Of a stretch of 64,000 nucleotides of DNA, positions 1-12,231 are shown in pieces. Position 1 is the stretch's first letter. Every line of letters starts with the position of its first letter. Both the position numbers and the translations under genes were made by a program. The DNA is from Microbotryum violaceum (taxonomy: Eukaryota). The notes beneath the pieces were generated by a model. The model did no database searches. It saw only the letters and a program-made list of their open reading frames with translations, and was not told the DNA's origin. The stretch spans positions 124,001 through 188,000 of the forward strand of contig CDLV01000019.1 in assembly GCA_001244265.2 (NCBI GenBank), read 5' to 3'.

Positions 1-1077
<1,077 letters not shown>

Positions 1078-1081
<4 letters not shown>

Positions 1082-3425
1082 GATTGGGTAGACGATGTAG
1101 ACGTGCTCTTGGCGGTAGTGTCGTCCTCAAAGAGTGGGAATTTGGGGAGAATGTCATCCTCGGGCTCGTGGTCGGACCAGCGCTTCTCCTCCTCCACCCC
1201 TTTACCCTTCTCCGCTTTCGCCTTGGCCCCCTCGACCTGCATCGCCACCGCTGCCGACATCGACCTCGTCACCCTCTTTCCCTGACCCGTTACCTCCTTT
1301 CCTGCTCGACCTTTGACCCTGTTCAGAACGCGCTTGACATCGACCGGGTCGTCGCTCGGATCGCTGAGATCGGCCACCGTTTGCAACCTCTTCATCTTCT
1401 TGTTCAACCGGGAGCCGGTGCCATGAATGTTGATGTATTGCAGTTGTCCACCTTCCTGACCCCACTCTGCAAATTGGTGGCGAACGAGCGGTTCCTCCGC
1501 GTTGAGTTGGGCGTTGATGATTGCCTCCTTTTCTGCTTGGACACGTGCAGCAGCTTCGGCATTAGCTCGGTCCCACACCGCACCCTCGCGCAGCGACTTT
1601 GCCAACGTCTCCGGAGATAGTGGAGGCCACAAGGGATTCCAAGGAGTCGACTTGCGGGAAACCGTGGTGATCGACGTTTGGCCGTCGTCAATGATCATGA
1701 TGCTGTCGTCCTGTACTCCCTGTTCCTGTTCGACCTCTTCTTCCACCTCCGTCTCCATCCCTTTGTCCTCCTCCTCTGCTCCATCTTTCATCACGTCATC
1801 CCCCCTTCGTTCGCTTCCCTCCGAGCTGTCGTCCTGTTCGTCCTTGTCGTCGTCCTCGTTGTTGTCCTTGTCGTCGTCCTTGCCGTCGCCTCCCGCCTTG
1901 TCAATGCCTGCTCCAGCGTTCCCATCCGAGTCCGAATCCTCGTCGTCCGCCTTGGCGCCCGTATCCTCGTCTCCTTCTTCGACCTGCTCCTTTTCCTCGC
2001 CCTTCCTTCCTGCAACCTCCTCCTCGATGTCATCCTCCTGTCCTCCTTCGACCTCGAGCCCTGCAAATTGGTTCCACAATTCGAGTTGGTTGGTTCCGAG
2101 GGTGCGGCTAGGGGCCACCACCTCAGAAGTGTCGTTGTTGGTGTTGTTGGTGTTGGTGGTGTTGTTGTTGTTGGTAGTTGTGTTGGTTGGGTTGTTGTGG
2201 TGCTTGTTGTGCCTTCCGGTGTTCTTGTTCGCTTCCTTCTGCCTCCTCTCCTGTTCCAGCGTGCAGGTCTCCACATGCCCCACAAAGTGGCACCAAGCAC
2301 AGGCCACTTCTCGTTCGTAGTCGTGACGAACCACGGTATGCATGTTGCCTCTTGTGGCTAGAGAGACCTTCGACGGTAGGAGCTCCTTCAGCGTGTTGTT
2401 GGGGGCTTTGAAAAGGGTGTCGTTGTCGAAGCAGATAAAGGCCAAAAACTCGCCGGCCAAGTGCGCATAGGCCGAGTCGTTATCGACATGGATCACGCGC
2501 AAGACTTGTACCAGCTTGCAACGGTGTCCCTTGGCTGTGATTTTGGTAACAATTGATTTAAAAGAGTCAACAATGGCATCCCTGGATGGGACCGCTGCAA
2601 CACCGACGTTAATACGCAGCTCGACCATGTTGTGGTAGAAGTGGTGGGCCTTTGCGAAGTGAGCCTTTGCAGAGTGCCAAGTAAGCGCCAGTGGGGCCGT
2701 AAGCGCCGAGTCACGTGCCTTCGCCGAAACAAATCCCACGGAGATACAGTGGTTGACCACACCGGCCCTGACGAAAGACGAGTGTTGGATACCCCTAATC
2801 TGGGGCGCAAACGCCGCAAGGTGCTCGGGAAGGGTGACCTCGGTGTCGAAGCACAGGAGCAATTGCGGGGAGAGCAGTCTCGTCATGCAACCAAGCAGAT
2901 CGGCCTTGTCCGCGGGAGAGGCCTTCGAGGCGCCTTGGACGGTCAAAGTGATGTTGAGAGCAAAGTCGAAGATGTTTCAAATGGATCAATTGGCGTTGAG
3001 AGCCAAATACTTGAGCGATGTAGCGGTAGCAACAGGGTACTCGTCCGTGGCAAAGGTGGCTTGCAACCGGTTGGTGTAATTGCCCGGTACAGCACCCATG
3101 ACTTTGAACATTTGGGTCAAAGCCTTGGCACGGTGTTGTTGTTGGGTCTACTGTTTGGGAGTTTGCTTGGTCTTTTGAATCGCAGCGGTGGCGTAGGTCG
3201 CAGCGGCGATAGGGACTTGCATCTCCTTTGTCCCAATCGGGACTCTCGTCGCCGCGGACGCGATGGTGGGGGTGGGCCGGTGTCGCCGGTCTCCATGTTA
3301 ATGTAGGCTGATGTATCACTTGTAGCTTTAAAGGTGGTGGGTGGCGCGATTTCGAAAGTGAAAGTGAAAGTGATTTGTGTGGTAGAACCACCGCCAGTGT
3401 GACTTGGGTGCACCGTCATATTCAT
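1078..3425 (-). pseudogene. LINE ORF1 (gag-like) with Cys/His knuckle and long acidic/Asn-Thr low-complexity tract; 5' part interrupted by stops
   Basis: 622-aa ORF 1078..2946 containing [13 protein letters not shown] lies directly upstream of the endonuclease ORF. Its stop overlaps the ORF2 start (ATGA at 1081-1078). Confidence 0.75.
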
Positions 3426-3436
3426 CTATTCCCACT

Positions 3437-3508
3437 GGTTGAGTAGCTCAGCGGTCAGAGCAACTCTGATTAATAGAGTGGACCTGAGTTCAATTCTCAG
3501 TTCAGCCA
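3437..3508 (+). tRNA. tRNA-like cloverleaf (tRNA pseudogene, SINE head or atypical tRNA), nominal anticodon TTA
   Basis: GGTTGAG TA GCTC AGCGGTCA GAGC A ACTCT GATTAAT AGAGT GGAC CTGAG TTCAATT CTCAG TTCAGCC A. All four stems pair (acceptor with two G:U pairs), A/B-box-like motifs are present and a T-rich tract follows. The anticodon loop lacks U33. Confidence 0.65.
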
Positions 3509-3531
3509 AACTTTCTTTTGTTTTCCAATTA

Positions 3532-5371
3532 CTAGCAACATTTGCAATCAAATCTCAGGATCTCACCCATGACTTGCCCGCACCCATTGCCAGCATAGAC
3601 AAGAACGATTTGGACGTTGGTGTGTTCGAGGAGATGGCCGAGATGGAGGTTGACGAGGAGACATGGTCCGAGATATGCTTCAGCTCAGATTCCAAGACGG
3701 ACAACAATTGCACCACAGATGACAAAACTCTGAAGCCAGGGGAATCAATCACAGCACAACGAGCCAGACTAGCCAAGGAGCATCTTAAAGACATTGAATA
3801 CTCAAAGGCTTCCCCGCAGCATTTGCTGAATTCGAGGCAAAGGTCAAGCAGCTCTGCCCAGGTTCGGACGTGAAGATTGCGAATCCCAGGATGGTACAGT
3901 GCAATCGCTGTTGTACCTATCACAAGATGAAGACACGGCACGGCGTCACTCGCTTCATGAGGCATATCAATCAAAACCCGCCGTGCACGAACATGCGCAA
4001 GATCGACCACTACTTTGCTGTCCGACCGCCCTCGGAAACGGCTGTTCGGTCGCAAGGCAAAACCCTGGAAGATTCTCCCCCGTGTCCCGGCCTGACAGGC
4101 AAGCGGGTAGAGCGATACCTCTCAAAGAGCTCTGCTCGAGGCGGAGGTGCACATCTCGGTTAAAGCTCATCAAGAGAAGGTTCCCAAGACTTGGCAAACA
4201 TGTGCTGACTCCCTCCAAACACTGTGAGATCAATAACCTGGAAGCGAACAAGTGGATGTGGGTGAACGATCATTCAGCACCTCGAGTGAACAGTATTGAC
4301 TGTACCAAGATTGGAGTAAGTTGCTTGAGCAGGAGAGAGAGAAGCGCGGAGCCAGTTGGCTCGGGTGAGCGCGCGGCTGGGCCTGCCACCTTTGTCAGGT
4401 GGACGGACCCAGCCCAGAAAAGGGAGAGAGCTGAGGTGTGGGAGGCAGGCCAAAAGGAGGTAAGGTGAGAATAAGAAAAGAAGACATGATGCAAGAAGGA
4501 AACATAAGAGGTTGTCAATCTCACACAATTGGCTTCTGTTGAGGCTCTGATGTCAAAGGTTTTCAAGGAACACCAAGGTCTGGAGGAACTCTTGGGGACC
4601 AAGGATGGCAAGATCTATCTTTGTTACGCCCAAGGCTTAGTTGTTGGCAAGCTTGCTGGAGCAAATATTCTGAAAGGTATGGCAAAAGTTGCCGTGATCA
4701 AGCATGGCAAAACGCACAAGGCAAGGACATGAGAGGCTATGTGCGAGACAAAGCTTTGCTCAACTTTGAACACGCGCTGGCTCTGGCATCTCCCACGGCC
4801 TTGCGCGTGGTGCAAAAAACAATTGGAGGAATCTTGATGCGCATACTTCAGTAAGTTTCAGACCTGAGCTATCCGTCACTCCTTCAAGCTACTGACAATT
4901 ACAAACCTCTCAGACAACACCGAGCGACATTTGAAAGGCCCAGGTTTGGCTTAGATGAGCCCCACATGCAGCGCGTTGTCCAAAAGATCCTTTTGGATGG
5001 AAAGATCTTCAACCTGCATGTTGACGACACGAAACTGCGACAAGTAATCAGGACAACACGGATTTATTTGAAGGACAAGGAGGCGGAAGCTCGCCTGCGC
5101 GGCCAGAAAATCTTTTGTCACAAGCTCATTGGCATGGTTGGCCCGCCAATCGTGTATGAAACCGGCACCAAGGTTGGTGACTATGTCTGCGCGGCACTTT
5201 GATTGGTTGCTCATTTGCTGGTGCTTCTGTGAATAGGTTCGCGTGTACATACTTGCACCAAACAATGTCTCTTGCCCAGCCCAATACCTTGCTGCATTTG
5301 TGATTAGCGACATGATGAGCTCATCCGAGGCTGCGGATGAATTGGAATCAGTTATTCAATTCCTTGTCAAC
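3532..5371 (+). mobile_element. Degenerate copy 1 (5'/central part) of the AGG-TIR P-like transposon
   Basis: Colinear with 42901-44607 of the long copy (EEMAE...WS.ICF, GKRVE.YLSKSSARGGGA, NLHVDDTKL), with many stops. Confidence 0.9.
4317..4525 (-). mobile_element. Putative solo LTR replacing ~125 bp of the P-like copy
   Basis: ~210-bp block absent from the long copy. On the minus strand it starts TGTGAG and ends TTA like the other LTR families here. No TSD seen. Confidence 0.4.
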
Positions 5372-7112
5372 GCGAGCTCTTCAAGGCGCTGCCAACCTAC
5401 TTTGCTCCCAAACTGTTGGACTTGTTCAACTCAATTTGGGAGGGCGGCAAAATGATGGCGTCCTTGGCAGAGGGGCTGGTGCGGCTCTTGCCCAAGAACA
5501 AACCGGGGGCCAATCTGAAATCACTGGGGGCATATCGACCGATCACACTGCGCGAGACAACCTACAAGGTCCTCAGCAAGGTCTTGGTGGCGCGACTCAA
5601 TGGGGTGCTTGGCAAGCTTTTGCCGCTGGCGCAACACGGGTTCATGCCATCAAGGATTGGCGACATTGTTCATTTGGTGGCGCTTCGATTTTGGGATGCT
5701 GTGGCGGGCTCAAACGAGGCAATCTGGGCGCCCCTAGCTTGTGAGAGCTGGAGGTCCCTCGTCGCTGCGACCCGCGATTTCAGTCCGTGGGGGTTCCTCA
5801 GCAGCACAGCTCAGCTCGAAAAGCTGTATTGCGACTCGACGCGCTGGGGGGCAGTCGTTGCAGCGGCCAGCGTCACCTTACCAACCATCAAGTCTGAACT
5901 CCTTACGCTCCCCAAATTACTCTCGCTTCCGCCTCGCCTTCCTTCACTATATGCCAAAGATGTCAAGTACACGTATTATAAGACGATCACCACTACTGTC
6001 AGGAGGGGTTGATAGTCGAACAGAAGTGATCTATTTCAGCGTACCTATAAAACAATCACCACTACTGTCAGGAGGGGTTGATAGTTGAACAGAAGTGATG
6101 AGGAGGAAGCTAAGAACAGACAGGAGGCCCGCGCTGAGATAGGCCCAGTCGCGGGTGAAATTGCTAGCGCCCTAAGACAGTCGCGCGCGTCTAAGTCCCC
6201 AGCGCCGGGGGGCGGGCTAGCGGGCTCGCGTAATGACCGAGGCGCCTCTGCCGAGCTGAGAGTGGACTCATCACACGTATGACTATGCGGATGCAGTGGC
6301 AAAGTTTGGCAGATCGCGGACCTGTACTGGAGGGACAAAGGGAAGGGCTGGGCTCTGGTTGGTCATCAACACGGGTTCTGGCAGCACTCTAAGGAACCCG
6401 CCCTACAGCACGAGCACATGTGGTCGCGCGTGGGTCAGTTGCTCAAGGCGAAAGCCTTGCTGCCCAAGACCGCGTTGCGACCTGCTTGGATACCTCTCAA
6501 GGAGGCTCCCCGTCCTCAGTGCTTCAACTTCTTTGGGCTCACCCAACCGTTCACTATTCGCAAGCTTTGTCAGCTTGTGAACATGGTTTGGTTCCCAGGG
6601 AGGGAGGATCGTGTCAAGTGTTTCCCTGATGGGACTTCTCAGAGCAATAGGAAGCGCTTCTGGAGATAGCTTCATGACCAGTTTGCGTCTGCTGTGGAGC
6701 AGGACACCCACTGGCGGCTCATGTACGACGTGACGCCGACGCTCAAGAGGCAGCATACTCAGGGTCATGCCTCTTTGCCGACGTGTCTGTTCTGCGGCAA
6801 CGATGCAGCGGTCATCGAGACAGTCTTGCACTACTTTTTTGAGTGCGCGTACTCGACCAGCTTCTGGGGCAGGGTGCTTTGCATTCTGTTTGACAAGCTC
6901 GGCATCGAGGATACCAATGTCGATCCGTCGACGTTCACTCCGGAGCAGCTGACTATGGGGCTCCTCCTTTTGCGGGGTTGTGGGAGAACGACCTCAAAAT
7001 GGATGTGGGTTTGGCTGGCTTGCGCGATCGGCTTCCAGCAGCTACACCTGCTCCGCTGGCGCGTTTATCAGCGGTTCGAGCTGGACAAGGTGCTGTGCCT
7101 TCCCTTGAGGTG
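5372..7112 (+). pseudogene. LINE ORF2 fragment: RT N-terminal part plus C-terminal Cys-rich (zf-RVT-like) region
   Basis: YRPITLRETTYKVLSKVLVARL...QHGFMPSR (RT domains 1-2) and CLFCG...ETVLHYFFEC...FW. Interrupted by a solo LTR. Confidence 0.85.
5977..6275 (-). mobile_element. Solo LTR family A with 5-bp TSD CGTAT
   Basis: CGTAT at 5972-5976 and 6276-6280. Reverse complement matches 8253-8565 and 20578-20944. Confidence 0.9.
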
Positions 7113-7719
7113 GGCACATTGATGGGCCCGACAGTGCTCAATCAAGCTTTTCAGATCAAGCGCAAGCTGACAAGTGTCGTGACGCAGAAGGGATGGGAGC
7201 CGAATGATTTGAGCCTGTGAAAGAATGCTGGTTCCGTTCAGTGTTGCTACACAAGAACAACTGCTGCTTAAATGAACCTACACGACCTGGCAAGCTTTCA
7301 TTTGCTGTCTCAATGGTGTCGAGTAGAAAGTGTTCCTCTGCTTGAGCATCGGCCTCATCATAGGCCTACTGAATGGCAAGCCTAGAAGTGAAAGAGATGT
7401 ACCATCAGCTTGGATGAGGCTGGTACAGGTCTCAAGCACTCAACTTACAGTGCAGCATCATTGTCAAGGCCAAGAGCAGCTAAAGAGCGAACAGCATTTT
7501 CAACTGACTTTCGCTCTTTCGGGTCCAGCACGAAGAGACCTTGGCACGTTTTGGTTTGGATCCCATTGAGGGTCCGATCTAGGTCAGCAAGGTACGAAAC
7601 CGGCTCAGTGTCCTTGGGCTCGAAATGCCAAGGTTCACTAGCTGTAAGGGGTGGCATCAATTAGCTTTGCTCAAAACGAAGCCACAAGCTTACAACACCC
7701 ACCATTGACTGGTATCTCT

Positions 7720-8813
7720 TGTCAGAGTGTAAATTGCTGTTTCATCCCACTTCTATTACCGATCATGATTAGTTACTAGTTGTTGATATTAGTCACCTTG
7801 CGCGCTCCTACTCTGCACTTCTCTTCTTTCTCCAACTGTCTTTACTATCATCCTTGGCTCTCGTACTAAACATATCTCGTGCCTTGGCTTTAGGTTAGTT
7901 ACTTTGCAATACCTGCAACTGTCTTTACTATCATCCTTGGCTCTCGTACTAAACATATCTTGTGCCTCGGCTTTAGGTTCTAATAGGTTATGAGCCAACC
8001 TGCTCGGGGCAACTCCAACAATATCGGTGGCATGGCATCCACACCTCCTCCTCCACCATCGTCATCAACGTCGAACCAGCCCTTCGATGTCGCCCCCCGC
8101 CACCGTTGTCACACTCACCAAGGAGCAATACGACGCTCTCGTAAAGAACCAATGCCCCGCACAAGCGCAGGAAGACGATGCAATCTCCATGCGTCACCTT
8201 CTCCCCCCCGTCAACCCTCCCACCTTCCCCCATGACTCAAAGCTCACCAAGGTGTGATGAGTCCACTCTCAGCTCGGCAGAGGCGCCTAGGTCATTACGC
8301 GAGCCCGCTAGCCCGCCCCCCGGCGCTGGGGACTTAGACGCGCGCGACTGACTCAGCGCGCCAGCACCGGGTGGATCCGTGCGCGTGCCCGCTAGGCCGC
8401 CCCCTGCGGTGGGGACTTAGACGCGCGCGACTGTCTTAGCGCGCTAGCAATTTCACCCACAACTGGGCCTATCTCAGCGCGGGCCTCCTGTCGGTTCTTA
8501 GCTTCCTCCTCATCACTTCTGTTCAACTATCAACCCCTCCTGACAGTAGTTGTGATCGTCTTATACAAATTTGGGCTTACAAGGTGCAGTGGTATGACAG
8601 CACGGGGGGGTGTCAGAGTGTATATTGCTGTTTCATCCCACTTCTATTACCAATCATGATTAGTTACTAGTTGTTGATATTAGTTGCCTCGCGCGGCTAT
8701 TGCTTGCCTTGCACGCTCCTACTCTGCGCTTCTCTTCTGTCTCCAACTGTCTTTACTATCCTCCTCGGCTCTCGTACTAAATGTATCTTGTGCCTTGGCT
8801 TTAGGTTCTAATA
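7720..8813 (+). mobile_element. Internally deleted Copia-type LTR element with both LTRs, PBS, PPT and TSD
   Basis: LTRs at 7720-7985 and 8611-8813 (TGTCAGAGTG...GGTTCTAATA), TSD TCTCT (7715-7719 and 8814-8818), PBS GGTTATGAGCC at 7986, G-run PPT before 8611, short gag start. Confidence 0.9.
8253..8565 (+). mobile_element. Solo LTR family A nested inside the deleted Copia
   Basis: TGTGATGAGTCCACTCTCAGC...GATCGTCTTATA. Flanks CAAGG and CAAAT do not form a clean TSD. Confidence 0.85.
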
Positions 8814-9244
8814 TCTCTTTCTCTACCTGGTTGGACTTCTGATAATGTATGGTATCCCACATTTGAAGACCAAGAAGGAGCTCTTTTGCAAGTCCTGCAG
8901 CAACCAAGCTTGTGGATCGAATCTCTTCATCGTTTGGATAAGTCGGCATTGCGACAAGGTCGAGCTTGTCGAGCTTGTCATACATGTGATGTAGCCTTGC
9001 CGCAAGCCTGCGGTCTCTGTTTTGAGCTTTCGCATCAATCCTAGGAGTGCAGTAACTTTGCTTGCCAACTAAAAGCCCAAAAATATAAGCTTTACAAGCA
9101 GTAGCTCACGTGAAACCATGAAACAAAGATGACTTACCTGCAGGAATTCTAAAGCATCAAATTCTGCGCAAACCGCCAAAAAAATGCTCGACCATCTCCG
9201 TACCATGTTGCCAAGGTATGGGTTGAACACTTCTTCCGGCCAAA

Positions 9245-10490
9245 AGTTGCGGTCAAGCGCCACTCTCGCTTGACAAGGCAGCCGACGACGGAACGTAGGG
9301 TCCGAGCGGTCGTCATTGTAGCATTTCGCTGCGCAAATAGGGTCGAGCAGGGATTGATGTGCGTTTGTTGGGTCGCCACAAGCTGGGTCCGGCGTGAAGA
9401 GTGACTGCGCATGCCGTGAAGCAATACCCAGTGCCTCCTGCATGTCAACGGTCTCGGTGCCATCCACATCTTCTAGCGGGATGATGCTCGTCTGGCGACT
9501 CTGGCGGTTGAGACGTGTGTGAATGCTTGCCAATTGACCTTCCCTCAAGTCAACTGACGGCACATGCGCACAAATGCGCAGCCACTGAGCCTCCTTTACC
9601 GCCAACTGGTCCAACCGCGACTTGGCAAGAGCATACACATCGCACTCGGCCTCATTCATGTGCTCACCGCGTGCCTCCAAAGCCTCCATGACGGAGTGGC
9701 TCTTGGCCCGCAGTCGGCGCATGTTGGCACGAGTCAAGCGGTATCGTGCATGGCCAGTGACTGCAACCGCCCGCAGAGCGGCGTCATAGACGTCGCCGAG
9801 CGGAGCGGTCCCCTCGAGCCTTCGATAGACCTCGTCGACGACCCTGGGAATCGATGCAACAAAGTCTTGATCATCAAAGACCGTTGGGTTGAGCCTCGAA
9901 ATAAAATCGCTCGCAGAGGGAAGAGAAAGGGGGGGTTTGGCATCAGCGTTCGATGAAGGCAATGCGAAGGTCGCAACTACAAGTCTGTGGTCCGAACAGG
10001 GCGCGTCAAAGAGCATAGAAGCGCTCAACAACCGGTTTGCCCAACTGCATTGACAAGAATACAGTCGATCCGCGACCATGAGCAATCTTTCGCTCCTCCC
10101 CTCTACCACGGTAGTGAGGACAAGTGAATGCGGGGGTGCAAGAATGGACATGTCGGACCGTGTCAAGTGCCTTGAACGCAATCTTTGACAGCAAGGTCTG
10201 CCAGTGCAATACAGGAGTCCAAGCGCAATCGGTGATGGACACTCGGTCGACCAATACATCCAAACAATCATTGAGATTGCCGGCCAAGATCCAAAGAGTC
10301 CTGGGTCTCGGGGTGTTGAAATGCAGGAGCCCAAAAAAGTCGCGACAATTGTCCTCCTGACAATTGTCCTGCTGTAGCGGCGCGTACATGTTGATGATCT
10401 CAACATCGAGCTCCTCAAGACGAAACACCGAGCGCAGAATCCGACCGTCGAAACGAGGAGCTCCTGCAAAGACGACCGACCTTGACTGCC
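9245..10490 (-). pseudogene. Second LINE family ORF2 fragment (AP endonuclease plus linker)
   Basis: IINMYAP, WILAGNLNDCLD and PCSDHRLVVATF motifs across ORFs 10006..10614 and 9069..10493 (frameshifted). Confidence 0.85.
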
Positions 10491-11710
10491 CAAGATTTCG
10501 ATCCCACATCAAAAGCGCAATTGTCTGAGCACGGTGAAGTGCACTCCAGTGTCCTCCGAGGCTTAGTGCAATCAATGAGTGCAGCCCATCTCGAAGCTGT
10601 GTCAGGAGTTGCAAGATCCATTTGTTGGACAGGACAAGGGACCTTCAGTCGCTTTTTGACCGCAAACAAGACAGACAACATAGGATACATCGAAGACGGA
10701 CATAAAGAAGTGAGCTACAATTGTGTGCTGTGCACATATCGCCCGGAGAGTGCTCATCAATGATGTTCATTCTTGCCCAGGTACGGATGCAATTGCGAGC
10801 AAGGCAATACACGGTATTCGCCAAGATCCCACCGTTTGGGTCGATTGACAGAAACGTCACGTCAGCCATGCCTTTGAAAATCGGCTCTCTTGTCTGCTTC
10901 GGATTGAAACAAGGCATCCTACCTGTCAGTTGTGACGCCAGCAACATAGGAGAAGAACAATTGTCCATTGGACTTGGTTTGTGCATCTCACTGTAGCTAG
11001 CTTACTGCTTTGCAGAGTGACTGACATCGATTTTACCTCTTGTAGTACGTTACATGGATGCCAAGGCCACGTCAAATCATTGTGACAGAGCGGAGACCGA
11101 CTCCCTCACATTACTCTCAAATGTCGTCCTCCAAGAATTACGAGTTGTGAGCAAGGGCCGTTATTCAACGCATATGATTGACGGCACGACTCGGTTCTTT
11201 GGACTCGATGCTCGACAAATCATTCAATCCTTGGAATCATCCTCGATGCCCGCGCTCACTCTCGCAACACTGGATTCAGTTGCATACCTCGGGGAGCGTG
11301 TCTTCGACTTGAGCCAGCAGGCTGAGGCAAGATTTTGTTTTCTTCGACGCTGCAACGGATTACGGGACCCTTCTGTGTCCTTGAGTAATCAAATGAAGGG
11401 CGTGAAAGATGTAGGGTCAAAAAGGAAGGCAGCAAGTGCAGGTGAGGAGCCCTTGGCCAAGCAGAACCGAACCAGCTGACACGGGCGCGGGCTCCGCCGA
11501 TTTGTCCGGACGGCGTTTTCACGATTTTTAGAGATGTTTTAGAGCATTTGAAGCAATTCTAGAGCTATTTTTTGAGGCGCGTAGATAGACTGGACATTTT
11601 GGAGACTTTTTTGGGCGAAAATCCCAAAAAATAGTGGACAAATGAGGTCCAAAATCGGCGATTTTCCCGGATTTTACCTACGCGCCTCAGGCTGGGCTTT
11701 CATGGGTCCT
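10490..11710 (+). mobile_element. 3' part and right TIR of P-like copy 1
   Basis: Matches ~46426-47669 and ends CCTACGCGCCTCAGGCTGGGCTTTCATGGGTCCT. Confidence 0.92.
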
Positions 11711-12231
11711 GCGCAAAGGATCTACTGCAAATTGGGCGGGCTTGCTGCAAAGCTTCAAAGCCAAACTCCAAGCGGACCATCTAGGAGGAGTCATGTTGGA
11801 CGACGGGCACAAGGGAAACATATCCACATGTCGAGTGTTGGTAAGCGAGGGAGTCCGTAGTGACGAGTGCAGGTTGCGAATGGCGGGCGTCGTGCCTGGG
11901 CAATACTCCGGATGGCCGATGGAACACGAGGACGGCGGCGGCAAGTTGGAGGTGACTAGGCAGAGGCATTGGCTTGGCAAGACTGGAGGGCGGATAAACT
12001 GAGTCCTGATGTGGAGGCGGCGGCGCGCGAGCGTGAGTTGAACAGGCTGGCGCGGAGGCGGCAAACAAGGGGGTGGCTTGGCTGCAAAGGCGAAGGCACC
12101 GAGGCAAAAGACTGGGGGGCGGCTTGGCCGCGGAGGGGAAAGGTGGGCAAGTCCGTCAAACGGCGGTCCGAGTTGGAGTGTTTGAAGGATAGGCAGAATG
12201 CAATTCAACAGACAAGATCCCCACCGCCAAC

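Larger units (their letters stand above)
7118..9245 (-). mobile_element. Inverted middle segment of P-like copy 1 (transposase C-terminal region)
   Basis: Reverse complement matches ~45330-46365 (KVTALLGLMRKLKTETA, EPWH.EP.D.EP.SYLADLDRTL). Split by the Copia insertion at 7720-8813. Confidence 0.9.

Noticed and set aside
1502-2361. Long plus-strand ORFs (272 aa, 227 aa)
   Set aside because: They are antisense shadows of the low-complexity LINE ORF1.
3437-3508. Functional ochre suppressor tRNA
   Set aside because: The loop lacks U33 and a pyrimidine at 32. It is kept only as tRNA-like.
5416-6012. Intact RT gene
   Set aside because: Only RT domains 1-2 are present, fused by deletion to downstream sequence and running into a solo LTR.
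9069-10493. 474-aa novel protein
   Set aside because: It is a chance read-through from a LINE fragment into inverted transposon sequence.
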